A stretch of DNA of 63,573 nucleotides from Octopus bimaculoides (GCF_001194135.2 NC_068981.1:189683186-189746758); one strand, 5' to 3'. Shown: positions 48,901 to 62,330, counted from the first letter of the stretch. Program-made: numbers and translations. The notes: generated by a model not told the origin, from the letters alone.

Positions 48901-48978
48901 AACTCGGAATCTTGGGGTTAGTATCCCGTGCTCTTAACCACTATGCCTTATGCCCGTGGGCATATGGCATAGTGGTTA
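48900..48978. mobile_element. Head-to-head tRNA-like heads of the 19.4-kb family forming a 21-bp hairpin
   Basis: TAACCACTATGCCTTATGCCC-GT-GGGCATATGGCATAGTGGTTA (1 mismatch). Confidence 0.75.
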
Positions 48979-49805
48979 TGATGAAGAAATGTCAATTTGT
49001 CAGAAAAAAAACAAAAGAAAATCACTGCATCAGATCTAAAAGGCTTTTAAAGAAACAGAAAAATCCAGCAGAAGATTTGAATTTTTTTTTTTTCAAACGT
49101 GAAAAACTTCGCTCAAGATTAAAAAGTTGACATAAGAAATGACAGATGGTTATGTGCAGACCCTTCTGAAGTTCCAAGTGTTATACATACAAAATTTCCT
49201 GCAACTGTCATGGTTTTAGGGGTTGTCAGCAATGAAGGACATGTGATGCCTCCTTACTTCTTTCTATGAGGCCTTAGAGTTAACTCTGCCACCTACATTG
49301 AGGGCCTGGAAATAATTGTTAAGCCCTGGATAGACAATGTATGCAATGGAAGACCATATGTGTTTCAGTAAGACTCTGAACTATCACACATGGCTCTTGT
49401 GACACAAGAATGGATAGCTGAAAATGTTCATGATCACACAACCCCTAACATTTAGCCTCCTAATTCCCCAGATCTCAATCCATTGGACTATTACATGTGG
49501 AGCATTGTTCAGAGAGAGGTCTATGAACACGTCCATAACACCAAGATTCTTTGAAAGCTGCCATGGTCAGAATAATGTCCAAAATGAACCAGGATCACTT
49601 GATTCAAGCATGTAGATGATTTAGATCTCATATAGAAGCAGTTGTTGAAGCTGAAGGGGCTTTATTGAATGACATTATAGAAAAGAAAGTTTTATTTTTA
49701 TCCACATAGCATTTTTTGATAAATTAAGTTATTATCTGTTATTAAACATCTGGGTTTTTTTTATAAGCATAAATCTGTCCTCAAATATCTTATGCACCTT
49801 GTGTA
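48979..49805 (+). pseudogene. maT-family (DD37D) Tc1/mariner transposase remnant with right end
   Basis: FSNVKNF (FSDEK-like), PYVFQ*DS and PPNSPDLNPLDY; 37 residues counted between the second and third D; several stops. Confidence 0.9.
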
Positions 49806-49854
49806 TACAGTATATATACATACAATTAAGAAGCACCTGAACTGAGCCATTTAA

Positions 49855-50358
49855 AATGCATCTGCATTGGATTACATATAAAGTACTTGTGTTGGTGCCA
49901 TGTGAAAAGCATCAGTGATGGTGCCACATACAATGTACCTGTGCTGATATCAGGACCACATACAAAATACCCAGCACACACCATAACTCAGTTGGCAATA
50001 GCAAGGGTTTGTAGCCATAGAAACCAAGCCAAATCAGACAATTAGAGCCTCGTGCAGCCCTCCAGCTTGTCAGCTCTGGTCAGGTCACCCAGCCCATGAG
50101 AACCGGACGTTAAGTGATGATGATGATTATGATAGTCACAGCTCCAAATGTTTATCATATGTCTGCTGGATAAGGGCTCACTTAGTTTAAGCATCAAAAT
50201 GTACACATATACAGCTAAACAAACACAGAAAAGTGGTTCAATAATGATCTGTACCACCTACAAATGTCCAGTAATACAAATGAAATTGGATGCAGTAAAT
50301 GGTGATGCAGTATTTTGAGAACCTTTACAAAATAATCAACCATCGCGATTGAGTCAAT
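49855..50358 (-). repeat. Inverted duplicate of 53104-53610
   Basis: Identical peptides in track ORFs 50042-50257(-) and 53199-53420(+); includes non-repeat sequence. Confidence 0.9.
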
Positions 50359-51140
50359 NNNNNNNNNNNNNNNNNNNNNNNNNNNNNNNNNNNNNNNNNN
50401 NNNNNNNNNNNNNNNNNNNNNNNNNNNNNNNNNNNNNNNNNNNNNNNNNNNNNNNNNNNNNNNNNNNNNNNNNNNNNNNNNNNNNNNNNNNNNNNNNNNN
50501 NNNNNNNNNNNNNNNNNNNNNNNNNNNNNNNNNNNNNNNNNNNNNNNNNNNNNNNNNNNNNNNNNNNNNNNNNNNNNNNNNNNNNNNNNNNNNNNNNNNN
50601 NNNNNNNNNNNNNNNNNNNNNNNNNNNNNNNNNNNNNNNNNNNNNNNNNNNNNNNNNNNNNNNNNNNNNNNNNNNNNNNNNNNNNNNNNNNNNNNNNNNN
50701 NNNNNNNNNNNNNNNNNNNNNNNNNNNNNNNNNNNNNNNNNNNNNNNNNNNNNNNNNNNNNNNNNNNNNNNNNNNNNNNNNNNNNNNNNNNNNNNNNNNN
50801 NNNNNNNNNNNNNNNNNNNNNNNNNNNNNNNNNNNNNNNNNNNNNNNNNNNNNNNNNNNNNNNNNNNNNNNNNNNNNNNNNNNNNNNNNNNNNNNNNNNN
50901 NNNNNNNNNNNNNNNNNNNNNNNNNNNNNNNNNNNNNNNNNNNNNNNNNNNNNNNNNNNNNNNNNNNNNNNNNNNNNNNNNNNNNNNNNNNNNNNNNNNN
51001 NNNNNNNNNNNNNNNNNNNNNNNNNNNNNNNNNNNNNNNNNNNNNNNNNNNNNNNNNNNNNNNNNNNNNNNNNNNNNNNNNNNNNNNNNNNNNNNNNNNN
51101 NNNNNNNNNNNNNNNNNNNNNNNNNNNNNNNNNNNNNNNN

Positions 51141-51560
51141 TGTGTGTGTGTGCGTATGTATGTATTTGCATCTGTGTTTGTCCCCCACACTATCGCTTGA
51201 CAACTGATGTTGGTGCGTTTAGATCCCTGTAACCTAGTGGTTTGGCAAAAGCGATCGATAGTATAAGTACTGGGTTTACAGTCCTGGTTTACAGACTAAG
51301 CTTACAGTCCTGGTGTTGGTTCGTTCGACAAAAGGCGGTGCTTCAGCATGGCCACAGTAAAATAACTGAAACAAGTGAAAGAATAAAAGAATACAAACAA
51401 TGAGCTATTCAGTATTTTATAGAAAAGAATCCACTCACAAGGTTCTTTGGTCACCTCAGAACTTTAGTCGAAAAAACTTGCTCATGATACCATGCAGTGG
51501 GATTGAACCCCAAATCACATGGTTAGGAAGCAAACTTTTTTAACCACACTGCCATACCTG
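51141..51560. mobile_element. SINE A 3' half (plus) and A head fragment (minus)
   Basis: Family motifs. Confidence 0.7.
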
Positions 51561-51584
51561 CAGTGAATACATATGTTATTCAGA

Positions 51585-52340
51585 GGCAGTGAGCTGACAG
51601 ATATGTTGGCATGCTAGGCGAAATGCTTAGCAGTATTTCGTCTGTCTTTATGTTCTGAGTTCAAATTCTGCTGAAGTTTACTTTGCCTTTCATCCTTTCA
51701 GGGTCGATAAATTAAGTACTAGTTACTTACTGAGGTTGATCTAATTAACTGACTCCCTTCCCAATAATTTCGGGCCTTGTGCCTAGAGTAGAAAAGAATA
51801 TTTTGGTAACTTCAAGGTGGTGAGCTGGCAGAAACGTTAGCACGCCGGGCGAAATGCTTAGTGGTATTTCGTCTAACATTACGTTCTGAGTTCAAATTCC
51901 GCCAAGGTCGACTTTGCCTTTCATCCTTTCAGGGTCGATAAGTTAAGTANNNNNNNNNNTTCGTCTAACATTACGTTCTGAGTTCAAATTCCGCCAAGGT
52001 CGACTTTGCCTTTCATCCTTTCAGGGTCGATAAGTTAAGTACCAGTTACACACTGGGGTCGATGTAATCGACTTATTCCCTTTGTCTGTCCTTGTTTGTC
52101 CCCTCTATGTTTAGCCCCTTGTGGGCAATAAAAGAAATAAGAAAGATTAGCACGCTGGTGAAATGCTTTGCAGTATTTCGTCTGTCTTTACATTGTGAGT
52201 TTAAATTCCGCCGAGGTCTACTTTGCCTTTCATCCTTTCGGGGTCGATAAATTAAGTACCAGTCACGTACTGGGGTCAATCTAATCGACTGGCCCCCTCC
52301 CCCCAAATTTCAGGCCTTGTGCCTAGAGTAGAAAAGATTA
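51585..52340 (+). mobile_element. SINE B cluster (B2, then B1 running into a head-less B2)
   Basis: Family motifs; about 80 bp is duplicated across the 10-N gap. Confidence 0.85.
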
Positions 52341-52648
52341 TTTAGAGTTGCTATTGTCTCTAACATGACAAAGTAAGTTGTCAGGTAGCAGACACCTTCC
52401 TGGTGTTTTCGGTAAGTAAAACCAAAAGATTTCGCTGGTCACTTGTTTCTAAAGATTTCCTTGATCAGAACTGACACTGAGTTATTCACACAACCGAAAT
52501 CAATGAATGTTTATTTCTTATTCACACATACCTTGAGATGAAGAGACTCTGCAGTTCATTAAATGGGGTTGTGTGTGTTGTCTTTTGTGCACCAACTGAA
52601 AATGAAATCAATTTGTTCTAACGTACATCAGTATAATCTACCTTGAGG

Positions 52649-52649
52649 T

Positions 52650-52701
<52 letters not shown>

Positions 52702-52733
52702 CGACGACGACGACGATGATGATGATGATGATA

Positions 52734-52771
<38 letters not shown>

Positions 52772-52910
52772 GAAGAAGAAGAAGAAGAAGAAGAAGAAGA
52801 AGAAGAAGAAGAAGAAGAAGAAGAAGAAGAAGAAGAAGAAGAAGAAGAAGAAGAAGAAGAAGAAGAAGAAGAAGAAGAAGAAGAAGAAGAAGAATTGGAA
52901 GAAGAAGAAT
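52649..52910. repeat. (GAT)n(GAC)n(GAA)n compound microsatellite
   Basis: Direct reading. Confidence 0.95.
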
Positions 52911-54804
52911 TATTTTTGCTTCACACAACTGGCATCACTGTATCTTTCTTTATAGTTCTGAAGATTTTTAGAACTGTATTGAATTAATATTTAAGATATT
53001 CAATTCAACATTGCTTCAAGGTTGTAGTTTTTCCTTGGTTTAGAAGGATTTCAGATCAAAGTAGAATCTGTTTTTCAGGAATAATTTCATATTTTCGTAC
53101 TCCATTGACTCAATCCCGATGGCTGATTATTTCCTAGAGGCTCTCAAAATACTGCATCACCATTTACTGCATCCAATTTCATTTGTATTACTGGACATTT
53201 GAAGGTGGTACAGATCATTATTGAACCACTTTTCTGTGTTTGTTTAGCTGTATATGTGTACATTTTGATGCTTAAACTAAGTGAGCCCTTATCCAGCAGA
53301 CATATGATAAACATTTGGAGCTGTGACTATCATAATCATCATCATCACTTAACGTCCGGTTCTCATGGGCTGGGTGACCTGACCAGAGCTGACAAGCTGG
53401 AGGGCTGCACGAGGCTCTAATTGTCTGATTTGGCTTGGTTTTTATGGCTAAAAACCCTTGCTATTGCCAACTAATTTCTGGAGTGTGCTGGGTATTTTGT
53501 ATGTGGCCCTGATATTAGAACAGGTACAGTGTATGTGGCACCAGCACTGGTGCTTTTCGCATGACACCAACACAAGTACTTTATATGTAACCCAATGCAG
53601 ATGGTTTTTACATGACCCAGAAGGGGTCCACTTCATGTCGCCTGCCATGGGTGCTTTATACACAGCACCGGCACAAGTGCATTTTACATGGCACTGGCAC
53701 AGGTGCATTTTATGTGACACAGACACAAGTGCCATTTATGTGGCACTGTCACAGGTGCCATCAATGTGGCACCAACATGGGTGCTTATTGCTCTTTCAAG
53801 CATGCACATCTAACACTACGTTAGCAATTATATACTTCCTCTTTTAAAGTGTGATTCGAGGGAGATGTAGCTGTTATATTTAGCAGGCCGAGTGATCATG
53901 AAGAAGCTGCCTTTGGTTCAAGATGTACATGTATTCTCACACGTTCAATGCATCTTTTACATTTTCATGAATGGCAAGAGACCTCATCTTTCCACCTCCA
54001 TAAATGAATAGGGAGATAAATTATTGTAAGATTTTTTATGCGATGCCAGCATCAATACCTGTCAAAACACATTCATGATTCTGGGATGGAGTCATATATA
54101 TATTTTTTATTATCCAGTATGTCTATGTATTGGATTTCAATTTATCATTTATGTGCTTAATCTACTTGATCATGAGGAAAGCATAATATAAAAAAATATA
54201 TATATAATACAAGATTGACAAAGATCTAAATAGATATAAAACCTCACGTAACGTATCAGTGTTCTGGTTAGTTTGCTTATTTTGTAGCTTTTCAACTCAA
54301 AGTGTCGTCAGACTCCCAGCGAGAAAATGAATCTCAGAAACAAAATGTACAGTGGTAAATATAGAGAAAGAAGTCAGTAACTTCACGATAAAGAGACATA
54401 AAAGATTATAGTTATATCCATCTTCAACAGAAACATAAATGAATCCATACACATGACTGCACGGACTGTCATGATGATGGCTGTAGAAGCACAGTAATGG
54501 ATACTTTTAGACATGGATAGGGAAATATAAAACAGGAACACGTACTTATATGAATTCACATAGACGTATGCATACGAATATACAAACATACATACTGTAT
54601 ATATTCATGATACAGACACACATACACACGCACATATATATATAGAACATGTAAATTTTAAATATATATATCTCTTGCAGTCATAGAAAGTTAAGTTATA
54701 CAGTCTTAGGAAGAAAATAGTAAAGAGGTCCCTAGATTGCAGTTAAAATATTTAAAATATGAACATATTTTTGGTAACAGAAGGTAATATTTATCTCCAA
54801 CTAA

Positions 54805-55390
54805 AAGTGGTGAGATGGTAGAATCATTAGTGAGCTGGCAGAATTGTTAGCACGCCGGGCGAAATGCTTAGCGGTATTTCGTCTGCCACTGCGTTCTGAG
54901 TTCAAATTCCGCCGAGGTCGACTTTGCCTTTCATCCTTTCGGGGTCGATAAATTAAGTACCAGTTACGCACTGGTGTCGATAAAATCGACTTAATCCGTT
55001 TGTCTGTCCTTGTTTGTCCCCTCTGTGTGTAGCCCCTTGTGGGCAGTAAAGAAATAGGTATTTCGTCAGCCACTACGTTCTGAGTTCCAATTTCGCCGAG
55101 ATCGACTTTGCCTTTCATCTTTTCAGGTTCGATTAAATAAGTACCAGTTACGCACTGGGGTCGATATAATCGACTTAATCCGTTTGTCTGTTCTTCTTTG
55201 TCCCCTCAGTGTGTAGCCCCTTGTGGGCAATAAAGAAATAAAAATCATTAGCATGCCAGATAAATTGCTTAGTAGCATTTTGTTCATCTTTACGTTCTGA
55301 GTTCAAATACCACCAAGATCAAATTTGCCTTTCGTCTTTTTGGGGCTGATAAAGTAAGTACCAGTTGAACACTGGGTTCAATATAATCCG
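54805..55390 (+). mobile_element. Old SINE B interrupted by a B1 head-to-tail dimer
   Basis: AATCATTAG duplicated near 54821 and 55242; second B1 unit is 5'-truncated. Confidence 0.85.
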
Positions 55391-58300
55391 GCAACCATAG
55401 CAGACAATTCTTGTCTGTTAACAATTATAATGACGAATGCTTTTATGCACCATGTGTCCTTATGAGAGATTCTCTCAATGTGAATAACGCCATAAACATG
55501 TCTCTGGATGCAGGCTTAGCTGCGTGGAGGTGCTTGTCTCCCCTTTGTAAACATAAGGACACAGGAAATGTGTCAAGGCCGATGCCCTTCCTAATGCCAA
55601 CCACTTTCCTTTGTCGTCGATATTAATGACAAACATGTTTCACGGTCACCGTATTTCCAGTATCACAGCATCTTTAGATTCTGTCATTGTTGTGGATGTT
55701 ATTGTTTGACCTCAAGCCAACCCTGATCATGTAGTCCTATGGTCAAAGGCAAGCCAACAATGACCACTCCATCTTATTTTAAAACATCGTTCCTCAGATC
55801 TTACATTAACTTCAATGATTTTCCTTACAACACTATGTCATTAGAGCGAGATTTGACTAGTTTTTCTTGAACGTCAAGCAACTACACGAAGCTTTCTTCA
55901 TTGTCTCATTACTTTTGTTGCTTAGCTTTTGGTAAATCCTGATTGAACATTTGAACCATGACTAACCCAACATTTTGGTTGACTACATTACATGATGCAT
56001 GTTCTTCCCCTGGATTATTATGACCTCCATTCCTTAATGCTTGCTGGATTTGTACCTCATCCATTCAGCCATCCAACCCACTTATTTGTCCAGTTCTTAT
56101 AATCCTTGTATCCACACCGCAACCCTGCACTAATTATTAAACTCCATCTCCCTTCTTCAGGACAGCAACCTTCTGATAGCTCCTCTCTGCTCATGTCTTT
56201 CATGCTGATCTTGAGCTTCCGCAGTTTAAACAGAACATTAACAACGTTAAGCTGACTGTTCTTGCGGGAGCGGAGCCCACAAAGGAGGAGCCCGGATGAA
56301 GGGCACTGCACTTTCTTACAGACTTAGCAAGTCAAACAAAAGAACGATGATGCGTAGTTTGAAGGCGGTTTGGCTGTAGCTTCTAGCAGGTCAAGTGATT
56401 ATATAGAAACTCCTTCCTTGAAGTTATCAGTCGCCATAGTGTTCCGTGATGTATTTACAATATTTCTTGCTACTGCTGTAGTGCTGTTGTCTACAGAACA
56501 CATGCAACTTCACAAATGACCACAAATGCATTTGCATGTTTAGTGTTATTGCCATGATCACTGTGACTAAACCAAGTCGAAACAAAAGTCATAATACTTT
56601 CAACACACCAAGGTAGGTTAGCAAATGAATCTTACTTTTAATGGTGATATTAACGTATGTGGCAGAATACATAACTAATCCTTTTAGCTGTTTAGTTTAG
56701 TGGTACGTCTTTTCTGAGTGTAAATTCTGCCACTAACCTCCTGGTCCTTAATCCTTCTAATGTACTCTCTTGAATCATTCAATTAGTTCATGCCCTATTC
56801 TTCACTAATTTGATGAAGTATCAAAGAAATTAATCATTAATGCTATTGTTGCGGTTGTTGTAGCTACTCGTGTTATCATTATTATTATTGTTGTTGGCTC
56901 TCACAGCATTAGCAGATGAAATTTTCTTTGGAGAATTTGTTATAAAGGATTATAACACTCTGATAAAATCCTGCCTTGGTATGCAGGGGCAAAATCAAAA
57001 GAATTTTTTTTTTTTCTTTTACAAATGTTTCCCATTTTTTTTATTCATATGCATGACATTTGTATTTTCAGAACAGTGACCAAATATAAATACGGTGGAC
57101 GATAAAATATTGCAGCCGCTAATGAAGAATAATGAACAACACAAAAACAAAATACGTAACTAAAAGAACAAAAAGAAAAAATATGAATCTATAAATGAAC
57201 GCTTGAGATAGATGACCGGAACCTCCGTCGTCACGAATTTAACACAATTGTTTCCAGTTATGTTGGGCAAGCCGCATGTTGGCGCATCACTAGCTTGCCA
57301 TAAACTCAAAGCAGTATCTCCCTTCCAGTAAGCAATTATTGCTGTTGCTATCTGTAAAAGGCTGACGCAGTTTGTCCTTATGTGCGATAATACAATATTC
57401 TGTTAAATGTTTGCGGATGTTGTTCGGTTTGCTTCTTAACTCATCCCAAGAAGCATATTTGAATTCATCAATTCAACCAGTCACCACCACAGACCAGACC
57501 TACACTCTTCAACACCTACATGATACAGTTTAATAATTTTTAGTACGGAAGCACAATCTTTCTACATATGATGGGGACATCTTATATTTCAGCTTCTCTA
57601 GCTAAAATGATCAAGTAGACTCACTTGTACCTGTCAAGTATCAAGCTATAATTTAATATTGTTTTAATGATGTTGCTGTTAGTGTTTGACATCCATATTT
57701 TAATGTGAGCAATTTAGGCGTATATTAAAAAATGTTCCAAATTCACTTGTGAAAATATCACAGAAGCTAGGAGAAGGGGTAATTTCGTTGACGAATTTCA
57801 AACTTTATTTGATGATGTTGTTTCTGTGTTGCTATTAAAACGTCCAATGAGCATTGTCTGAAATGTCAAAACTTGTCACTCATCATAGTAAAAAAGCTTA
57901 CCGATACAATGTTGTTAGTTAACCAGTAAAAGTCATCAAAACCAAAGCCATACTGGAGCACTGCAACGACACCCTTGGCATTCGAAGTTGAATGCTTTTA
58001 TGGGGTTTGGTATGTTTGATGGTATTTGTCATTTGTTGCTTAACACCAGTTTATACATAACTGAGGAAACGTATATTTGAAAGAACTCCAACCATGACCA
58101 TCCAATCTTTTTCTCAGGCATAGCGCATTTAGTACTGTATTGTCTAATATGCCCTTTCTTTTCCTGACGATGCTATTTAATCTGAGGGAAATTTGATAAG
58201 AATCGTGTGCGTTAACGGACTACTTAATGCCCCTTTTTTGCTGTAAATCTAATTTTGGCACAAGGCCAGCAATTATAAGTGGCGGAGAAGTTGATTATAT

Positions 58301-58639
58301 AGATGGTCATGGTCTCAAGAGGTGAAGCCATCTAATGATGAATCTGTTCAGAAGGTTGGAATATGTCATACGATAAAGGAACACTGTACAATGAATTCAT
58401 AGAACCATGCTGTAACTTTGGAATACCTTTACCCTAAGTCACAAATATATACAAGTTGAATAAACATGAAAAGTGTTTACAAGTGAAGGCCATGTTCATC
58501 TGTGAATTGCCTCATATCTGCTCGATGTCTGCTAGCTGTCGCGTGTGTAGTACAAGCGCTGGCGAGGTCATATCCTCACGCTCTGGTGTCACGGTGACAA
58601 AGAGGAAGAGCTGAGTGCCGAAACCTTAGAGTTACATGT

Positions 58640-58653
58640 GCCACCTAGTGGCG
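58640..58653 (-). promoter_or_regulatory. CTCF-like core motif
   Basis: GCCACCTAGTGGCG, reverse complement CGCCACTAGGTGGC, in unique CpG-containing sequence. Confidence 0.4.
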
Positions 58654-58689
58654 TGCTATTTAGACAGCCACCATCAGGAGAGGTAACTG

Positions 58690-58860
58690 CGCCTATAATT
58701 ACATCGACCTCAGTGCTAAACTGGTACTTATTTCATCGACCTTGAATGGATGAAAAACAAAGTCGACCTCGGTGATATTTGAACCCAAAACGTAAAGAGC
58801 CAGGAAAATGCTCAGAAGTATTTTTTTTTCTTGTTGGTGCAGTAACGATTCTGTCAGCTC
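58690..58860 (-). mobile_element. SINE B, degenerate
   Basis: Family motifs. Confidence 0.7.
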
Positions 58861-59132
58861 GTTGTCTTCGGTTCGGAATAAAAACCGAAGACGTTGTGTC
58901 TGAGTTCAACTCTGGCTAAGAAAATATATGATTGGATGTGTTTCAGCTATGAACATTTGTCCTTCTCTTGAGGGAAAGTTTGGCTGCTCTTTCTAGCAAG
59001 TTCAGAGACTTCGTGTAAATGTCTCTTCATTGATTCCTAAGTTCATAATTTCTGTGTGATTGTCTATCGATTATGTTCAATGCGTTCAATATTTCTCCCA
59101 GTTACAATGGAAATGCATTTGTATGATTACCT

Positions 59133-59137
<5 letters not shown>

Positions 59138-59179
<42 letters not shown>

Positions 59180-59790
59180 ATGTGTGTGTATGTATGCGTG
59201 TGTGTAGTATGTGTATGTGTGTGTGCGTGTGTGTGTGTATGTGCGTGTGCGTGTGCATGTGTGTGTAGTGTGTGTATGTGCGTGTGTGTACGTGTGTGTA
59301 TGTGTGTGTGAGTGCGTGTGTGTATGTGTATATGTATGTGTGTGTGCATGTATTTGTGTATGTGTGTGTGTATGTGTGCGTGTATGTGTGTGTATGTGTG
59401 CGTGTGTGTGTGTAAGTGTGCGTGTGAATATGTGTGTGTGCATGTGTGTGTGCATGTATGTGTGCATGTATGTGTGCATTTGTGTATATGTGCGTGTATG
59501 TGTGTACATGTGTGTGTATGTATGCGTGTGTGTAGTATGTGTATGTGTGTGTGCGTGTGTGTATGTGTGCGTATGTGTGTACATGTGTGTGTATGTGTGT
59601 GTCCGTGTGTGTGTGCATGTGTGTGTGCGTGGGTGTGTATAGTGTGTGTATGTGCGTGTGCATGTGTGTGTGTGTATGTGTGTGTGTATGTGTGTACGTG
59701 TATGTGTATGTGTGTATGTGTGTGTGCGTGTATGTATGTGTGTGTGTGTGTGCGTGTATGTGTGTGTGTGTGTGCGCGCGCTCGTGTGTG
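59138..59790. repeat. Cryptic (TG)n-rich repeat with an internal higher-order duplication
   Basis: Direct reading; explains the His/Thr and Cys/Val ORFs. Confidence 0.95.
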
Positions 59791-59909
59791 TGATTGGTTA
59801 AGCTGACGTTATTGTTGTCGTTTAGGTCTAGCTCAACCACCGTCAAACGTAGTTGTGATCAAAACCATCCCATCCTGGGCCAATCTATTTTTTTACGTAC
59901 CTTTTTATC

Positions 59910-60320
59910 TTTTACTCTTTAAACCCTTTCAGTCATTAGACTGCGGCCATGCTGGGGCTTCGCTTTCAAAACTATTAGACAAACATATCGACCCCAGTAC
60001 TTACTTTTTTTTTTAATAATGCCTGGTACTTACTCTATTGGTCTGTTTTGTCGAACCGCTAAGTTATGGGGACATAACCATACCGACACTAGTTGTCAAG
60101 TAGTGGTGGTGGTGGTGGGGACACACACAAAGACACTCACACAAACACACGCACATACAACAGGCTTCTTTCAGTTTCCGTCTCCTAAATCCACACTCAA
60201 AGCTTTGGTCAGTCCGTGGCTATAGTAGAAGATTTTTGCCTAAGGTACCACACAGTGGGACTGAACCTGGAACCACGTGGCTGGGAAGCAAACTTCTTAC
60301 CAAACGGCCACGCCCTGTGT
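59910..60320 (-). mobile_element. SINE A
   Basis: Family motifs. Confidence 0.8.
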
Positions 60321-60466
60321 CTATAACAGTATTTTTGGATCCATTATTTTTGAATATCATTATATAGGACAAGTAAAGGGAGATTTGGGGATAAAAGGCA
60401 TTAAGGATTACGATTCATGTTCCAGTCTTGACTGTTTTTTCTAGTTGGTCGAGCGATTGTGTAGAT

Positions 60467-60785
60467 CAGAGGTTCTCAAACTTTTGGGGCCACCACCCCA
60501 CTCATAGCCAATTAATACCCTCAGCGCTCCACCCCTATTTTTATGTATAAATAAATATTTTATATTTTACTAATTTATATATACCATGAATCATTTGATA
60601 TCTAATATAATATTACATAATTTGTATACAATATTATGATATAATAAATTCAAAGCGTCCCCTATTTCACTGCCTTCCTCCCAACGCCTGCTTTTCTCTA
60701 CCGTTCACCCATCGCCCCCTTAAGCACCAGCGCCCACCTGGACCGTCTTAACGGGGGAGGGTAGCGCCTACTTTGAGATCCTATG
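60467..60785. mobile_element. hAT (Charlie-like) MITE with perfect 8-bp TSD
   Basis: GTGTAGAT at 60459-60466 and 60786-60793; TIRs CAGAGGTTCTCAAA / TTTGAGATCCTATG. Confidence 0.85.
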
Positions 60786-61249
60786 GTGTAGATGCGCACC
60801 CATTAATTCCTAGATGGGTGTTCAGTTTATATAATATAAAACCATGGCTGTAGAGTGTTGTCTTTGAAGATCTAATGAAACACAAAACCCATAGAAATAA
60901 AATCGAATTTAAATACAACATTCTCATTAGTTTCTGTTCTAACAAGTGTACGCAAATTCCTACATTTATAGCATGATATAATTCGATTAATTATTAGAAA
61001 TATTAACAGATTGCCACCTTAAATTGTTTCATTAACTAAAGTTATTATCTGCGGTGCTGTAATGTAGTAGCTGAACTCTGACATGTTTAGATATCTTCAG
61101 GTGGTATTAGAACGAAATACAAGCAATATATAATTGAACTGTGACATAGCCTGAGATGCCTCACCATTATTACAGAATTAAGCATGCACGAAAGCGTTAA
61201 CTACAGGACAATTCACATTTCTTTCAATTTTACCTCAACAACACACACA

Positions 61250-61900
61250 GGCACAGGCATGGCTGTGTGTTTAAGAAGCTCGTTTTGCGACCCCGTGGTT
61301 TTGAGTTCAGTCCTGCTGTGCGGCGCTTTGAGTAAATATATTCTACTATAACCCTGGGTTGACCAATGCCCTGTGAGTGAATTTGGTGAAGAGAAACAAA
61401 GTTAACACTGTTAAAGGCGGTGAGCTGGCAGAAACGTTAGCACACCGGGCGAAATGCTTAGCAGTATTTCGTCTGCCGTTACGTTCTGAGTTCAAATTCC
61501 GCCGAGGTTGACTTTGCCTTTCATCCTTTCAGGGTCGATAAATTAAGTACCAGTTACGCACTGGGGTCGATCTAATCGACTTAATCCCTTTGTCTGTCCT
61601 TGTTTGTCCCCTCTATGTTTAGCCCCTTGTGGGCAATAAAGAAATAAGAAACAATGTTAACTCTCATTGTGTGCGTGTGTGTGTGTGTGTGTGTACTTGT
61701 CTTTGTGCTTGTCCCCTATCGCAACTTGACAATCAATATTGGTTTCCTTATGTGTCCGTAAGTTAGTGGTTCGGCAAAAGAGCTGGTAGAATTAACACCA
61801 GACCTAAAGAAAATACGTGATACTGAAGCCTATTTGTTACACTACAACCTTCCAAGTGGTGCCCCAGCATGGCCACAGTCCAATGAGAGAAACAGGCACA
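61250..61900 (+). mobile_element. SINE A interrupted by a full SINE B1 (about 61414-61650)
   Basis: GAAACAAAGTTAAC / GAAACAATGTTAAC flank the insert. Confidence 0.85.
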
Positions 61901-62291
61901 AGTTAAACGAAGAATACCTCCTGAAATATAAATTTCTATAATTAGTTTTCTCATCTTAAAACTACAGAGAGAAGAAAGCAAAATGCAATAACATCAGTGA
62001 ATTTTTATAGGTCCTTGTTTGCCCAGCGGACTCACTCTGCGTGCTTTAGCTTCGTAACTATGGCAAAAGTCCGGATACTTAGTGATCAGTCCTCGTACGA
62101 AATTAATATGAAGGCGCATGGCTGAGTGATCATGGTATTCAGTTCACAGGCATGAGTTATGCAGACTGTACTGCATTATCAGGCTCAAGGAGCCTCAGAG
62201 ACAATTTAACCGACTTTCCTAATGTTCTTTTTACAGTGAGAAGCACTACCTATGGCGCCATTTAAGCATGTATGATGGATGTATTTTACAG

Positions 62292-62292
<1 letters not shown>

Positions 62293-62330
<38 letters not shown>

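Noticed and set aside
50215-51203. ORFs of 200-318 aa spanning N runs (also at 22.5, 30.4 and 37.4 kb)
   Set aside because: Length comes from untranslatable gap bases.
51870-52040. Tandem duplication of about 80 bp inside SINE B
   Set aside because: Identical copies flank a 10-N gap, a typical unmerged contig overlap.
52638-52987. Poly-Asp/Glu, poly-Met/Lys and poly-Leu/His ORFs
   Set aside because: Pure (GAT)n(GAA)n microsatellite open in several frames, with no splice or start context.
59056-59846. Long His/Thr-rich and Cys/Val-rich ORFs (also 42060-42639)
   Set aside because: Translations of TG/CA simple repeats.
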